A model generated the notes under the pieces. That model was not told the origin of the DNA. It ran no database searches and worked only from the letters and a program-made list of their open reading frames with translations. The position numbers and the translations under genes are program-made. Source: a virus (Duplodnaviria > Caudoviricetes). Taken from it: DNA of 64,000 nucleotides. Positions 39,940-52,600 of this stretch are shown in pieces (position 1 is the stretch's first letter; every line of letters starts with the position of its first letter). The stretch is taken from positions 32,517 through 96,516 of IMG/VR virus record IMGVR_UViG_3300021400_001091; one strand, 5' to 3'.

Positions 39940-40152
39940 ATGGATCATATAACAGTAGATTTTGAGAAATTTGAGGCACTTTATAAAATTGCCAAAAGAA
40001 AGGGGTTAAAAGAACTGACTTTCGAATTCGTAGTCGGAAGTTGTTTCCCCGATATTTTTAATAATGTTCAAGAAGAAATGCGACGGCAATTTACAATGGG
40101 GTATATTGCTGGGCAAGGAAAAGAAACTATACCGAATGAGAAGAAGAATTAA
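39940..40152 (+). CDS. Hypothetical protein
   Basis: 70-aa ORF packed in operon. Confidence 0.65.
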   Translation: MDHITVDFEKFEALYKIAKRKGLKELTFEFVVGSCFPDIFNNVQEEMRRQFTMGYIAGQGKETIPNEKKN

Positions 40153-40160
40153 TATGTTCA

Positions 40161-40598
40161 ATGGAGGGAAGCTCAATGAAAACAATTTCTTTAATAATTA
40201 TGGTGGCGATTCTATTAGAAGCCCTCGTCGAATATGGTAAGACCATAGAAAAGATGATTGCTTCTAAGGAGTATAAAACTGCGATTACCCAAGGGATAAC
40301 TATTATTTTAGGTATTGGTTTAGCTTTTGTATTCAATCTTCAGCTTTTCAACAATGCCATGAGCGAGTTCTATGAAGGATTAGCCATCAATCATACTATC
40401 GACATTATTCTAACTGGTATTCTATTCAGTAGAGGTTCAAACTACTTTAGCGATTTAATCTCTCGGTTAACCAAAGGCACAAAGAAAGCCGAAGACATTG
40501 ATTGGGATGCGCTTGAAGACTTCTACATTGACGAGTTTACGAATAATCTCGAAGAAGATGAAAAAGAAGAAATAAAAGAAGAGCCAAAGGACGAGTAA
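40161..40598 (+). CDS. Holin-like membrane protein
   Basis: Three hydrophobic segments; AILLEALVEY and ILTGILFSRGSNYFSDL motifs; acidic tail. Confidence 0.6.
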   Translation: MEGSSMKTISLIIMVAILLEALVEYGKTIEKMIASKEYKTAITQGITIILGIGLAFVFNLQLFNNAMSEFYEGLAINHTIDIILTGILFSRGSNYFSDLISRLTKGTKKAEDIDWDALEDFYIDEFTNNLEEDEKEEIKEEPKDE

Positions 40599-40601
40599 AC
40601 T

Positions 40602-40629
40602 AAAAGGCGGGAAGAAATTCCCGTCTTTT
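40602..40629 (+). terminator. Intrinsic terminator
   Basis: aaaaggcgggaa-gaaa-ttcccgtctttt. Confidence 0.8.
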
Positions 40630-40634
40630 AAATT

Positions 40635-40663
40635 TTGACAAAAAATTTTTTTTATGATATAAT
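40635..40663 (+). promoter_or_regulatory. sigmaA consensus promoter
   Basis: TTGACA-17-TATAAT with TG. Confidence 0.9.
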
Positions 40664-40702
40664 ATAATTAGAGATAAAAATAGAATAAAAGGAGAAATAG
40701 CT

Positions 40703-41326
40703 ATGGAGTTTACAAACACATCAGTTTATAATTTCAAGAACGCACTCTATGGTATGCGTAACCCGCTTAACTCGTGGCATAACTTCGACTCCACGGAAAC
40801 TACCATTGGGCCGAAAGACCTCAATCTGGCGCAACGGTTAATTCTTGCTGGACCGGAGCATATGAAGTTTATGCGGCAGATTTTCGTGTCCTGTGACATC
40901 ACTGGGCCGCTGTATTGGTGGAAGGAAATGGATCAGTACAAGGTTGGCACGACTACGAACTCGATGTCCACGATGCACAAACTCACTTCTGAGCCGATTA
41001 CTCGCAAAAACTTCACCATCGACTTTACCGATTTACCGGTTGGGAAAAATTTAACCACTAGAGACTACACTACTGGAATTATTGCCTATTGTGAGCAGTT
41101 ACGCTTAAAATATTTAGAAACCGGCGATGCCCATTATTGGCGCCTGCTTGTTCAGATTCTTCCTAATGGATGGAATCAGACTCGCACGTGGACTGGAAAC
41201 TACTCGATTCTTCGCTCGATGTATCACCAGCGCGCCGGGCACAAATTAACAGAATGGGAAGAAGTACGTAATTGGATTGAGTCATTACCGTATGCAGAAG
41301 AATTAATAATGTTGGAGGCAAAGTAA
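40703..41326 (+). CDS. Divergent ThyX-like flavin-dependent thymidylate synthase
   Basis: HMKFMRQI, GPLYWWKEMDQYK, NSMSTMH, QILP, NYSILRSMYHQR..H..TEW; neighbours nrdDG and dut. Confidence 0.6.
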   Translation: MEFTNTSVYNFKNALYGMRNPLNSWHNFDSTETTIGPKDLNLAQRLILAGPEHMKFMRQIFVSCDITGPLYWWKEMDQYKVGTTTNSMSTMHKLTSEPITRKNFTIDFTDLPVGKNLTTRDYTTGIIAYCEQLRLKYLETGDAHYWRLLVQILPNGWNQTRTWTGNYSILRSMYHQRAGHKLTEWEEVRNWIESLPYAEELIMLEAK

Positions 41327-41327
41327 A

Positions 41328-41546
41328 ATGGATGCAAGATTAATTGACCAGACGGATAAGTATGTAGTAGATTCAGAAGAAGCAGCGATTGGCTTAATTG
41401 CACACTTCAGAGATAATGCAGCCGAAAAGGGTTACGTACTCAGCAAGAGCGGTTACACCTATAAGACCAAGAAGGCTAAGGGTGAAATCGTTGATGAGTG
41501 CTGGGTCGTTACTATTACTAAGGCTATTGGAGGTATTTGGGAATAA
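41328..41546 (+). CDS. Conserved phage hypothetical protein
   Basis: KTKKAKGEIVDECWVV; GGAGG SD. Confidence 0.7.
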   Translation: MDARLIDQTDKYVVDSEEAAIGLIAHFRDNAAEKGYVLSKSGYTYKTKKAKGEIVDECWVVTITKAIGGIWE

Positions 41547-42505
41547 TGAGTGAGAAACCAGAACTTCGGATCGTAAAAGACGATGCTCCGGCCGCCGAAC
41601 TAGTAGAACCCGTAGAAGAGCCCACAGTCACAACTGAGCTTACCGACGAAGAAATTGAACAGTTCTACGAAGAGAATAAGCTCCCAATTGACTTAATGGG
41701 CGGCCTGGATATGTTAGAAGCTCTTTTGGAAACTCCAGATGACCAGTTCGAGCTAATCGAACCGGCCTTCCTTGCAACTTTCGCAGAAATGTTACAAGAA
41801 AAGGAAACTGCAAATGAAATTCTAACAATGCTTGGAACGCAAGAATACGATCCAATTGAAATCCAAAAAGAATTTAATGAGATTACCGCAGTAATCGAAA
41901 CAATGGATTTCTTATCACAGCCAAAGCAGGATTTTCTCAAGAAAATTGTCTCCATGTCCACTAACATGATGCAGACATTGGCTAATAAGCAAATCCGTTT
42001 CATTCAAATTCCTTGCGAATTAGAAGAAGGAGTCCAGCTCCCAGTCTATGCAAGAGAAGGTGATGCGGGTCTCGATATATTTGCAAGAGAAGAAATTACA
42101 ATCAACCCAGGAGAAACAAAGATTATTTCGACTGGAATTAAAGTGGCTATTCCAGATGGATATGCCCTACTTATCCAGCCGCGCAGTGGTATATCAGCTA
42201 ATACAAAACTGCGTGTTGCCAATACTCCTGGACTAATCGACTCTGGATACCGCGACGATATAGGGGTTATTATTGAAAATATAGAACCGCCTTTCAAAGA
42301 TATTGAATATGACTTTGATGATAATGGAGAGATTCATATTAAATCAATTCTTCATGGAACCCCATATACGATTGTGGAGGGTCAGAAATTCGCCCAGATG
42401 AGACTTGTACAAGTGCCTAAAGTAAGTTTTATGCAGGTACAAAATGTGGGTGAAATAGGAGAAGACCGCGGCGGTGGCTTCGGATCAACAGATTTGAGTG
42501 AGTAA
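41546..42505 (+). CDS. dut: Trimeric dUTPase with long acidic N-terminal extension
   Basis: Motifs AGLD, PRSG, GLIDSGYR, AQ, RGGGFGST; start 41546 (GGAGG SD, TAATG overlap). Confidence 0.9.
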   Translation: MSEKPELRIVKDDAPAAELVEPVEEPTVTTELTDEEIEQFYEENKLPIDLMGGLDMLEALLETPDDQFELIEPAFLATFAEMLQEKETANEILTMLGTQEYDPIEIQKEFNEITAVIETMDFLSQPKQDFLKKIVSMSTNMMQTLANKQIRFIQIPCELEEGVQLPVYAREGDAGLDIFAREEITINPGETKIISTGIKVAIPDGYALLIQPRSGISANTKLRVANTPGLIDSGYRDDIGVIIENIEPPFKDIEYDFDDNGEIHIKSILHGTPYTIVEGQKFAQMRLVQVPKVSFMQVQNVGEIGEDRGGGFGSTDLSE

Positions 42506-43229
42506 AATTAAACTCGATGAGATACGAAAGGCGGCGATAGAACAAGGTTGGACAGTTGTATCAGAATCGTATAAAAATCTTGATACAGAAATGGAGTTTA
42601 TCTGTAATGAGGGGCATCAAGTATTTGCACCCTATAAGAAAATTAGAGATAGATGGGAATGTCCAATCTGTAAGAAAAACAAATATAATAATTTTGAAGA
42701 AAAAATAATTCCAAAGAAAAAAGGAGTACAACGTACTCTTGGTTTAGACCAAGCTACTCATATAACTGGTTATTCTATTTTCGATAATAAAGAACTAGTC
42801 TATGCTGGAACTTTTGAAGCCGGCGCCGACGACGAAATAGAGCGTGATATAGAAATACGCAACTGGCTGCATCAGATAATTCAAAACTGGCAACCAGATA
42901 TAATCGGAATGGAAGATATACAACTCCAATCATTTAATAATAAAATGGTTGGAGTTACAACCTATCGCACACTCGCGCGCCTTCAGGGTATTTTAATGGC
43001 CTTATGCGTAGACGAAAAGGTAGACTATGTTGTCTGCGCTCCGGCTACCTGGCGCGCTCACTGCGAAGTAAAGGGTAGGACAAGAACTGATAAGAAAAAG
43101 TCAATGCAGTCGAGAGTTAAAGAGTGGTTTGATATAACTGTTTCCGATGACGTTGCAGACGCTATTGGAATCGGTAAATATACAGCAGATAAACATAAGA
43201 AAAGTTTAGAAATATTTAGTTGGGAATAA
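42498..43229 (+). CDS. RuvC-like Holliday junction resolvase with N-terminal zinc ribbon
   Basis: CNEGH...CPIC; LGLDQA, GMEDI, DDVADAIGIG. Confidence 0.8.
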   Translation: MSKIKLDEIRKAAIEQGWTVVSESYKNLDTEMEFICNEGHQVFAPYKKIRDRWECPICKKNKYNNFEEKIIPKKKGVQRTLGLDQATHITGYSIFDNKELVYAGTFEAGADDEIERDIEIRNWLHQIIQNWQPDIIGMEDIQLQSFNNKMVGVTTYRTLARLQGILMALCVDEKVDYVVCAPATWRAHCEVKGRTRTDKKKSMQSRVKEWFDITVSDDVADAIGIGKYTADKHKKSLEIFSWE

Positions 43230-43241
43230 GGAGGTTTACTG

Positions 43242-43628
43242 ATGGCCACAGTAACAATGGAGCAACTGATTAACTTTAGAGCCAACGGAGATTTCTTTGC
43301 TAATGCAAATCTTCCGTTGAAGGGAGCATATAAACTGAATAAGATTAGAAAAGCAGTTGAAAAGGAAAGTGAGTTTTATAGCGAAAAGTTCCAGGAAATT
43401 GTTAATACTTATGCAAAGAAGGATGAAGATGGGAACGTTATTTTCTCTGAAGATGGCGGCCAGATTCTGATTCAAGATGATAAGATTGTCGAATGTAATC
43501 AGGCGCTCGAAGACTTGCAGCAGTTAACAATTGAGATTGATAATTACAATCTATCTCTGGAAGACTTGGGCGAAGATTTAGAGTGTACTCCCGATCAGCT
43601 CGATGTGTTAATGCCTTTTATAGACTAA
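43242..43628 (+). CDS. Conserved phage protein (DUF1617-like)
   Basis: LPLKGAYKLNKI...YAKKDEDG; AGGAGG SD. Confidence 0.6.
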   Translation: MATVTMEQLINFRANGDFFANANLPLKGAYKLNKIRKAVEKESEFYSEKFQEIVNTYAKKDEDGNVIFSEDGGQILIQDDKIVECNQALEDLQQLTIEIDNYNLSLEDLGEDLECTPDQLDVLMPFID

Positions 43629-43659
43629 AAAAAGAGAGGTTTTAAACCTCTCTTTTTTT
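43627..43659. terminator. Bidirectional terminator between early and late blocks
   Basis: aaaaaaagagaggtt-tta-aacctctcttttttt. Confidence 0.9.
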
Positions 43660-43660
43660 A

Positions 43661-46600
43661 TTACCTTAATCTTCTAACTTGATTAACATTTCTATATTGT
43701 GAGCTTTCAACAATTTGTTTCTTAACTCTGTCTGCGATGCGGTCGACATCGTAGTCGTTAGCAATATGGTCAACGTTAATATTAATTTCGAAGTTTGTGT
43801 CGCCGGCCGCTGCATAAGCAGGGCCATCAAACGCACCGCCCTTCATTAAGGAAGATAGAATATCACGAAGTTGCACGAAGTTTTTCGTATCCGCAGCATT
43901 GAGAACGGCCTCTGGTTTTGATGGAGTGCCATCAAGCCAAGCGGGGCCAGTAAAATCTGCAAAACCACCGGTTGCAAATTTTTGCCAATTACGTTTTGCC
44001 ATCTTTGCATATGTGTATGCGCCTTTAGTAAACAATACGTCATTATTTTTTACATAAGCCCATATAAAACTAGCATTATTTGGTCCGAAAACTTTCTTTA
44101 AGTTCTCATACTGTTTGGTCTTTGTTTTACCCCAACCACCATGATCTTTATCATTCTTAATTGAGCCAGCAACACGTTTTGCTCTTGTATCAGTTAAAAT
44201 TCTATCCGCATTTTTGCCATAATATTTTTCAATATCTGCCCAGCTAAACTTTCTACTTCTATAAACTTGAGTCATGTTATATCCAGCTGCTTGTGCTTCT
44301 TTAATAGAATCAACTAAACCATTGTTTACAACTGTAGCTAAACCATAACCTGCACTTTTAGCACCCTTAGCAGAACTAATTGTACCAGCAGCCATTTGAC
44401 TCTTTAAAGAAAAATTAGCTTGTCGAATTTCGTTATGTGAATAGCCAGCTTTACTCATGGCTTTAATTGTTTCTACATTACTTTTCGAGCCAGCTTTTTC
44501 AATTAGTTTTCTCGCTGCAGCAGGTGTATCTTTTCTATTATAAGACTTAAGTGCTTGTGTTGATGAATCATTGTTACCAAGAGCTTTATTTATTTCATTA
44601 ATACCTTTTATAACATTTCCAGCTTGTTCTGCAGTCCACGCGGTAGATCCAGTTCTTGATGCTTGTATTTCTCTTAGTGCTATACCTGTTTTGGTAACAT
44701 CTTGCTCTAACTTATCTAATGAGAACTTACTTCCAAATATTCCTTTTTCATCGTAATTATTTGCAGCTTTAAGGAGTTCCATAGCCTCTGCAGGCATAGT
44801 TCCAGTATTTCTTAATGCCAGCAGGTATTCATAAACTATTTGTTTATTAATATCTTTTTGAATCTCTAATTGATCTTCTGCAATTTGAATTTGACGTTCG
44901 CGCTGTTTAGCTGCTTCATCGGCTTGGTCTTGAAGTTTCTGTAAAAGTTGATCTTCTAAAGTTCTTCCATAAGATTGCTGAGCATCTGCAATTTCTTTTT
45001 CAAGTTGAGCAATTTCAGTTTTATTTCCACCAGAAGTATTTGCACGAAGAAGATTTAACCGTTGTTGTTTATTAGCTATATCCTGCTCCGTCTTTGCATT
45101 ATCTTCTTTTTGGCGTCGCTCTTGAAGTCTTTTCCTTACTGTATCAAGGATATCTTTTAAAGCTTTTGTAATTGCTGTACTTAATTTCTTTGCATTATCA
45201 ATACGTTTTTTAGTTTCTGCTTCAAGCTGTTTTAGAAGAGTATCTTCCATATCTTCAATTGTTTGACGATATTCTATTAACTCATTATATAATTCTGCAT
45301 AAGCATCATTAAGACCTTTAATAGCATCTTCTAAATCAGCATTGGCGCTAATCATTTCTTCAATTCGTTCTTTAATAGCTTGATAAGTTTTTTCCGTTAT
45401 TTTCCCAGATCGTCTATCTTTTTCAAGTTTCTCCCAATTAACATTAATATCGGCAGTGCTATCATTATTAAGAGTAACTACGGTATATTTATCAGCTAAG
45501 TTCGCCGCAGTAACCGCATCCTTTGCAGCTTGTATTCTTGCGGTATTACCTTCCTTTTGGGCCCGTTTAAGTTCTGCTCTTTCATCTTCATCAGATAAAG
45601 CAGTCATTAATCTCTCTTGTTCACCATTAATTAATTGTTTTTGTAAATTTATTTGAGTTTTTCTTGAGCTGTTTTCTCGTTTTAAAGCCTGAACAGAATT
45701 ATTAATAGCTTTCGTAGTACCCATTGCACCTGCGCCAACTCTGGCAAGCTCTAAATCAACGTATGAGCCAACTCGTTCAATTCGTTTAGTAACTTGTTCA
45801 ATTTTTTGATTGATATTATAAATACGAGTTAATTCATTTTCCCAAGCATAGAAAGCTTCATAAACTTGTTTATCAAGCTCTTTAAGTCTTTCTTTATATT
45901 CTTGAGTTTTCTTTTTAGAATCTTCTAGTCCAGAAACTAATGGATCGAGTGCGCCTTGCGCAGCTTTATAAAGCATTTCTCGAACGGCTCGCCTATCATT
46001 AGCATTTGATTTACCTACTTTAGCGGCAGTAGCGTTAATCGCATTGGTATCAACTTGATAAACGCCCCTCTTGTTTTTCTTAATATAGTTGGATAAATTA
46101 TACTTACTGCCATCATGTGACTGTCCAGTACTATCTGTCCAAGAAAGATATTCATAATAACCACCCTTATCTAATTTTTTTAATTGTTTATTATAAGTTC
46201 CAGTAATTTTGTTTTGATCTTTAATTTCTTTATTTAAATAAGAGCGTTGCTTATTTATATTTTTAGATATATCAGAAGTTGTAACCCCAATTTTTTCTAA
46301 ATTCTTTTCAAGTGTTTTTTCAAGTTTATCAAGTGAAGACTGATAAGATGCTAAACGTTTTTCGGCATCATAGCGGATAATTTCTTGAATGGAAAAATTA
46401 TTGATGGTTGGCTTAGTATTATTACCTCCGCCTCCTCCACCGCCACCAGAGTTATTACCGCCTCCGGGTCCTGTATAGTCTCCGTAACTTCCAACAGAGG
46501 TGTCTCCGCCATCAATCTTAATGGTTGGCTCTTCATTTCCGCTATTTTTACTGTCGTTGTTTTTTTCTTTACTTTTACCTTTACCTAAAACTTCAGTAAC

Positions 46601-49600
46601 AACTTTCTTAATATTAAGAATCCAAGTTAAAACTCTACCATTATTATTATTAAAAAGAATATTAAATCGTTGTTGCGCGCTTGCTGTTTGACCATCAACA
46701 ACCATTGCTGGTCGCATTGCATTAACATAATCCTCAACAGTTTTAGCTTTAGCTAATGCCTGTTCCGTTTTAGCATCTACATTAACTTCAACAGTATGTT
46801 TTTTACCAAATTCATCTATCCATTGAAAAGTTTGTGTTCTTATATTTCCTAAGGTTTCATTAAAATGTTTATTAACATCTTTCTCTTGATCTTCTAATAA
46901 TTTATTAGCATGATTAATTACAGCTTCATTTCTTTGGTCTTCTGTAAAAGTTAAAGTTACAGGATGTTTATCAAATTCTTGTTGTGCATTTTTTCTATAT
47001 TCTTGAAAATATTTATTAGCTTCAGCTTTACTATCTGGTGTATCTGGAACAACTTTTGGTTTCTTTTCTGGATCAGCCTCGGCATTAGCTTCCTTTGTAA
47101 CTGCTGTATATTCTTCTGTAGCCGTTGTAGCTTCACCTATTGCTGTAAAATAGTCATCAACAGCTTTGGTATCAAATTCTATTCCAGAGTCAAAACCTTT
47201 TCGATAGCCTTCTGTATTATAGTCGTAGTTATCTGCTAACCAGTCTCCTTGTAAATTTGTATAATCGGGAGTTTCTCCAAAGGCTCGTCCTCCACGATAA
47301 CCATATTTATCTTCAACGCTAGAAGCTGTATATCCTCCACCATTGCCATTTCCATTATCATCTGGAGTAGTAGTAGTTTGTACATCTTTATCATTAATTA
47401 CTCCATCTCCATTTGTATCATGGTCTGCTAAATATGAAAACCAACCAGCAGCAATATCTTGGCCAACTTTTTCCCATTTTTCAGAATCAAAGATTTGACT
47501 TAGCCATTCATCCCATTCACCTAAAGTATCTATTTCTTTTTTATCTAACTTTTCATCGTCATAATATACATCTTTATTTGTATTTTGGGCAGCTCCAAAA
47601 GCGTATTCTCTTGCTTCTGTTTCAGTCATACCATATTGTTGAGCAATTTTTATCATTTTCCCAACATCAAGAGCGCCCTTATATTTATCAGATTCTACTT
47701 TATCATTCTTTGTAAGAAGATCATAGGCCCCAGCATTTTTCTTTCCAGTGTATTCTTGACTTAATAATTGCCCCTTTTCTTCAAGAGTCATATCTTTTTT
47801 GGTGTCATCTACTACACTAACTGGAACGCCAGAACTTTCAGAAATCTTATCTGCTATCTCTTTTGTTTTTTCTTTTATTTCTTTTTGGTTTTTTGGATCT
47901 GCACCAGAAGCTATAGCAAATTTTTCTAATTCAGATTGAAGAAAAATAGATTTATCTCCTTTAGCACTTAATCTATTTTTAATCATTTCTCCCGAATTTT
48001 TATTAAAGGCCTCTGTAAAAGCAATGGCCTCCATTGCCTTCTGAAAATCTGGGGAATAATTAATATATTCTTCAATCATTATCTGAGCGGCTTCTTTAGA
48101 ATAACCATTCTCTTCAAGTACATTGGTTAAATCTTCTATAGATTTAATATTACTTAAATCAATTCTAATTTCACCATTTTGTCCCCAAGAGAAAATTGAT
48201 GCTGCTTTACTAGTGCTATTAGCCAATTTTGACCAGGCTCCATAAGCACCATTACTAAATTGATTAATAATATCATTAAACTGTTTATAAGTTTCTTTTA
48301 AATTTCCATTATTATCTCGTAAAGCATCATTAAAAGCCTGTGCGCCAACTATTAATTCAGCATATGCCCGCATTTGTGGGTTTCCCCACTCACCAGCTTC
48401 AAAAAGCTCGTTATACTTTTTTACTGAATCAATAATAAAGTCTTCCGATTCGCCAGTATCTATTCCAGGATCAAAATTTTCAATAAGATTATGGGCATCA
48501 CCAATTGCAGTATCTACTTGACCTAATGTATCTAAAAACATCAATAAATCAGAATTTAAATCCATTAGAGTCATATCACCATTATCATGAAGTAAATTCA
48601 TTGCGCGAGCCATGCCGCCAGTAGAAATTATCCCAGAATCTAGTAATTTATTTAAAGTACTAGACTCTTTAGATAATTCTTTAATATCACTAGCATCCAA
48701 ATGACCGGCCTCATCAGCCATATCGCTTAAATCTTTAATAGCTTCTTGGAAATCAGCGCTATCATAAGCTTCTTCAAAAGCCTCCGCGACTAAATCGCTA
48801 GACTCTTCTAAATTGAGCATCTCATTTCCAAGATCTCTTACTTTTCCAATTCCCTCCTCTGTTAAACGGTTAAAAGCAGCATACCTTTCAATTGCACTAT
48901 CCCAATTAACACCATCTAATAGTTTGTCTAAATTTGTTTTTTCTGCTAAATTAGTGCCTTCATAAATATCGGTCATGCCAGCAACCATAGCTTTCATTGA
49001 CTCTTCTCCAGCTGATTTTTCTAATGCTTGGCCAGCTTGAAGAATTGATTGCCGCTGAGCTTGACTCATTTTTTGTAATTCACTTGTTATCGCTTTTGTG
49101 TTAGTGGTTCCACGGGATTTACCTAACATTATTCCTAAATCAGAATAATTTTGACCCTGTGTCTTTGCTATTGCTGCAGCATTATCTTTTAATAATGTTA
49201 CAACTTGCTGCTGATATTTTTCTAAGTTTTCTTCTACTTCATTTACACTTACTCCTAGAATACTTGCAACTTGTTCAGCTGATAATTGCGCAGCGGTTTC
49301 TTTTAAAGAGCTATCATCTTTTAATACTTTTATAATTGCATCTTCATTAGCTTCGAAATTTTTTGAAAGTAAATCACTAATAAAAGTGCTAGCTCCCTGC
49401 TTATTATCTCCAAAATCAAAGTTTTTACTAAAAATTTTATTAGCATCACTAATTGTTTTATTTAACGAATCTGCATCTAACTCTATATCGGCTAATACCG
49501 TTATGTCTTCTGCAGCATCCATTACTTCTTTTTTCTTTATATCAACTTTATTGCCTTCTTGGTCAAGGAGCTTTCCACCTTCATATCTATAATCATAAAA

Positions 49601-52600
49601 ATCAGCATAGGCTTGATAAGCTTCTTTTTTACTTAATTTGACTCCAGCTTTTCTTGTATCATATTGATCAGCATAAAGTTGTGAAATAGCTTCTTGATTA
49701 GCTAATTCTTTTCCAGAAAGTTTTGTAGAAATCGCAGTTAGTTTAGATGTTTGACGATAAGTATCTTGTTGTCTTTGTAAGTTTTCTAATTCTTTATCAT
49801 AATATTCTAAACGTTCTTTATCAACATCTGAACTAAAAATTTCTTCTCTTCTATCTTTTCTTACTTGTTTTTCTTCTTGTTCAGTTTTTAGAGCCTGGTA
49901 CTCTCCGTTTTTAATACTATTTAAAGCCGCCGCTTGCGAAGTAATTTGTTGCTGATATTTTAAAACCTCTTCCATTCCTTCATCGCTAATTTTCATGCGA
50001 CCACTGGAATCGGTTGATAAATAATCATACAACATCGGATACTTATTAAGTAGTTGAAGAATTAACTCATTAGATTTGACTAATTGCTCATTAAAAGCGG
50101 CGGTTCCTTCAACTAATCCATCAAATCCAGCATCTGCTTCACGAATTTTATCAAGGTTATCTCTTAATTCAGACAAAGATTGTGTTGTAGAGGCATATGC
50201 ATCTGCGGCTTCACCCGCGGCTTTACCGGCTTTAGCTAATTCTCTAGAACTCTTTGTTGCTGCGCGATAAACAAGTGCTGTTGCAACTGCAATTCCTGCT
50301 GCAATTAAAGTTACTTTTCCTGCAGTACTCGTAAAGAACTTAAGAATATTACTGCCTATGCCTTTTAATACTCCACCAAAACCATTAACTCGACCTATTA
50401 ATGCCCCAGCTTGTTTTGAAGTTAAAGTACCATTAGCTATTTTATTTTGATATAATGCAGCTGTATTGGCCTTAATTGCTTTTGTTTCTAAAGCATACGC
50501 TACCGTCGATAACAGAACTTTTTTATAAAGGGCTCCTATCGTAGTACCCAAACTCTGCATAATCATGCTAGCCGACAAAAGTATTCCAGTAAATGGAGCA
50601 AGCGGTGTTGTTGACAAAAGCATACTTAGAGTTTGTAAAGAGCCACCAGCCGCAGTCACTCCTTTACCAAAATTTTGAAAAGCGCTTTGACCTCTATTAG
50701 CAAGTCCAACAATATTTTGTAATTCTCTAGAAGTTGTATCAATTCCACTAACATTAAACCCAGCACCAGATAATCTAGACTTTAATGCGGCTAAAGCACT
50801 TTGTTTACTATAAATTCCCTTTTGTACTGAAGTTTGAATTTCATTTGCAATTTGAAAGGCTACTTTTCTAGAGGCAGCAGATATTTCTCCAGGAGGATAT
50901 ATCTTATTAATAAGGCTTGCCGCACCATTTTTGGAGGCTTGCCTTGATAAAATTGCTAATTCACCAAAATTAAACCCTTGTAATCCACGAATTACATTAG
51001 CTTTATACGTATTTGCGTCAATTGCAGCCTGTCTTTTTATAGCAGCATTTTGTTTAGCTGTTCTGGTTTCTTCAAATTGCTTATCTACACCCTTTTTCAT
51101 TCCTCCAAGAGGTGTTGGGGCAGCATATTCTGCATCTCCCCTAGCCCATCCGCCTAAACCTCTTACACCACCAGTAAGAATGGTTCCGGCGAAATTCATT
51201 CCTTTTACAACAGCTAAAAGAGTTACAATAGATTTTGTTAAACCGCCAAAAGGATCTGGGAAATGGTCAAAAACACCTAATATTTTATTAATAATAGTGA
51301 AGAAAGAAGTCATTCCATCAACAGCTACCTTAATAATTTTATTATTAGCTAAACCCATAGCAAACTGATCCCAAGCATTTTTTAACTTATTAAGTTTAGC
51401 ATCTAATCCTTCAAGCGTCTTATTAAACTGTTCTTGTGAAGCTCCTGTCGCATTATTTGCGGCTTGAGTAAGTTCCATGACACGGTCATAATTCTGTACC
51501 ATAGCAATAAAACGAGATTGCTGTCTAGAACCAGCCGCAATAGTAGCTATATAACGTTGTTGAGCCTGTGATAAACCATCCCACTTTTGAGAAATTTCAA
51601 GGAAAACATCATCTAATTGTCTAAATTGACCATTAGTGTCCATTAGGTTAACACCAATAGTTTTTAAAGCTTTATCAACCCTATTAGCATCCAGCATTTC
51701 CCCTTCTGCATCAATAAGTTTGGTTGGGTCATTTTTCATTTCTTGAAAACGAGCGACAATAGTCTTCATCGCAGTACCCAAGTTTTCTGGTGCTTCTCGA
51801 GTTGTTTCAATCATCTGAGCTAAGAACGCAGAAGTAGTTTCAAAAGCCATTCCAGCTGAATTAGCAATTGAAGCAGTGCGTTCCATAGCAGAACCAAGTT
51901 CTCTTGTGTCAGAAGCGGTAATAGCAGCCAATTTTGAATAGACGTCATTGATTCTTTGTGCAGACATCTCATTAATCTGCATATTGAATCCACGTAAAGC
52001 TGCGGTCATCATATCAGTAGCTTCAGCCGCTTGTAATCCACCAATTCGAGCCATTTTTAATGTCTCATTAGCAAGACCCATGGCTTGGGTAGTATTTAAA
52101 CCCTGTTGATAATACAAGGTTGCAGCTTCATATACGTCTTTAATTGTGGAACCAAGCTCGTTAGCATTTTTAGTATATGTAGGTAGCATATCCCACATAT
52201 CACTAACATCAAAATGAGTAACTACAGCAGTTTCTACCATAGCTTTATCTAACTCTTTAACAGTTTGAAAAGCTTTTCTAGCAACCTGTGTTACTTTACG
52301 TAATATAGCTGCAAAGCTGAAGTACATAGCAACATGACTTTCTAATTGACTAATATTTTGATTTAAACTTTGAGATTGATTAGCTAATTGTTTTTGCTCT
52401 TCTTCTACTTTCTTAATAGACCCTGCTTGTTTTTCAAAATTTTGCGCAGCAAGTGCGGCCTGTCTACCAGCTTCTTCTACTGCTTTAGCGGTTGTTAAAT
52501 CATATTTTCCTTTAGCTTTTTCTACTGCGGCATTATATTTTTCCATCTCTGTTGTGGAATCTGTCACAGCACCGCGCAATAATCTAAAAGCTTTTTCAGG

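Noticed and set aside
40640-40653. A6T8 homopolymer in the promoter spacer as a phase-variation switch
   Set aside because: Short runs are common in this AT-rich DNA; no evidence of length variation from a single sequence
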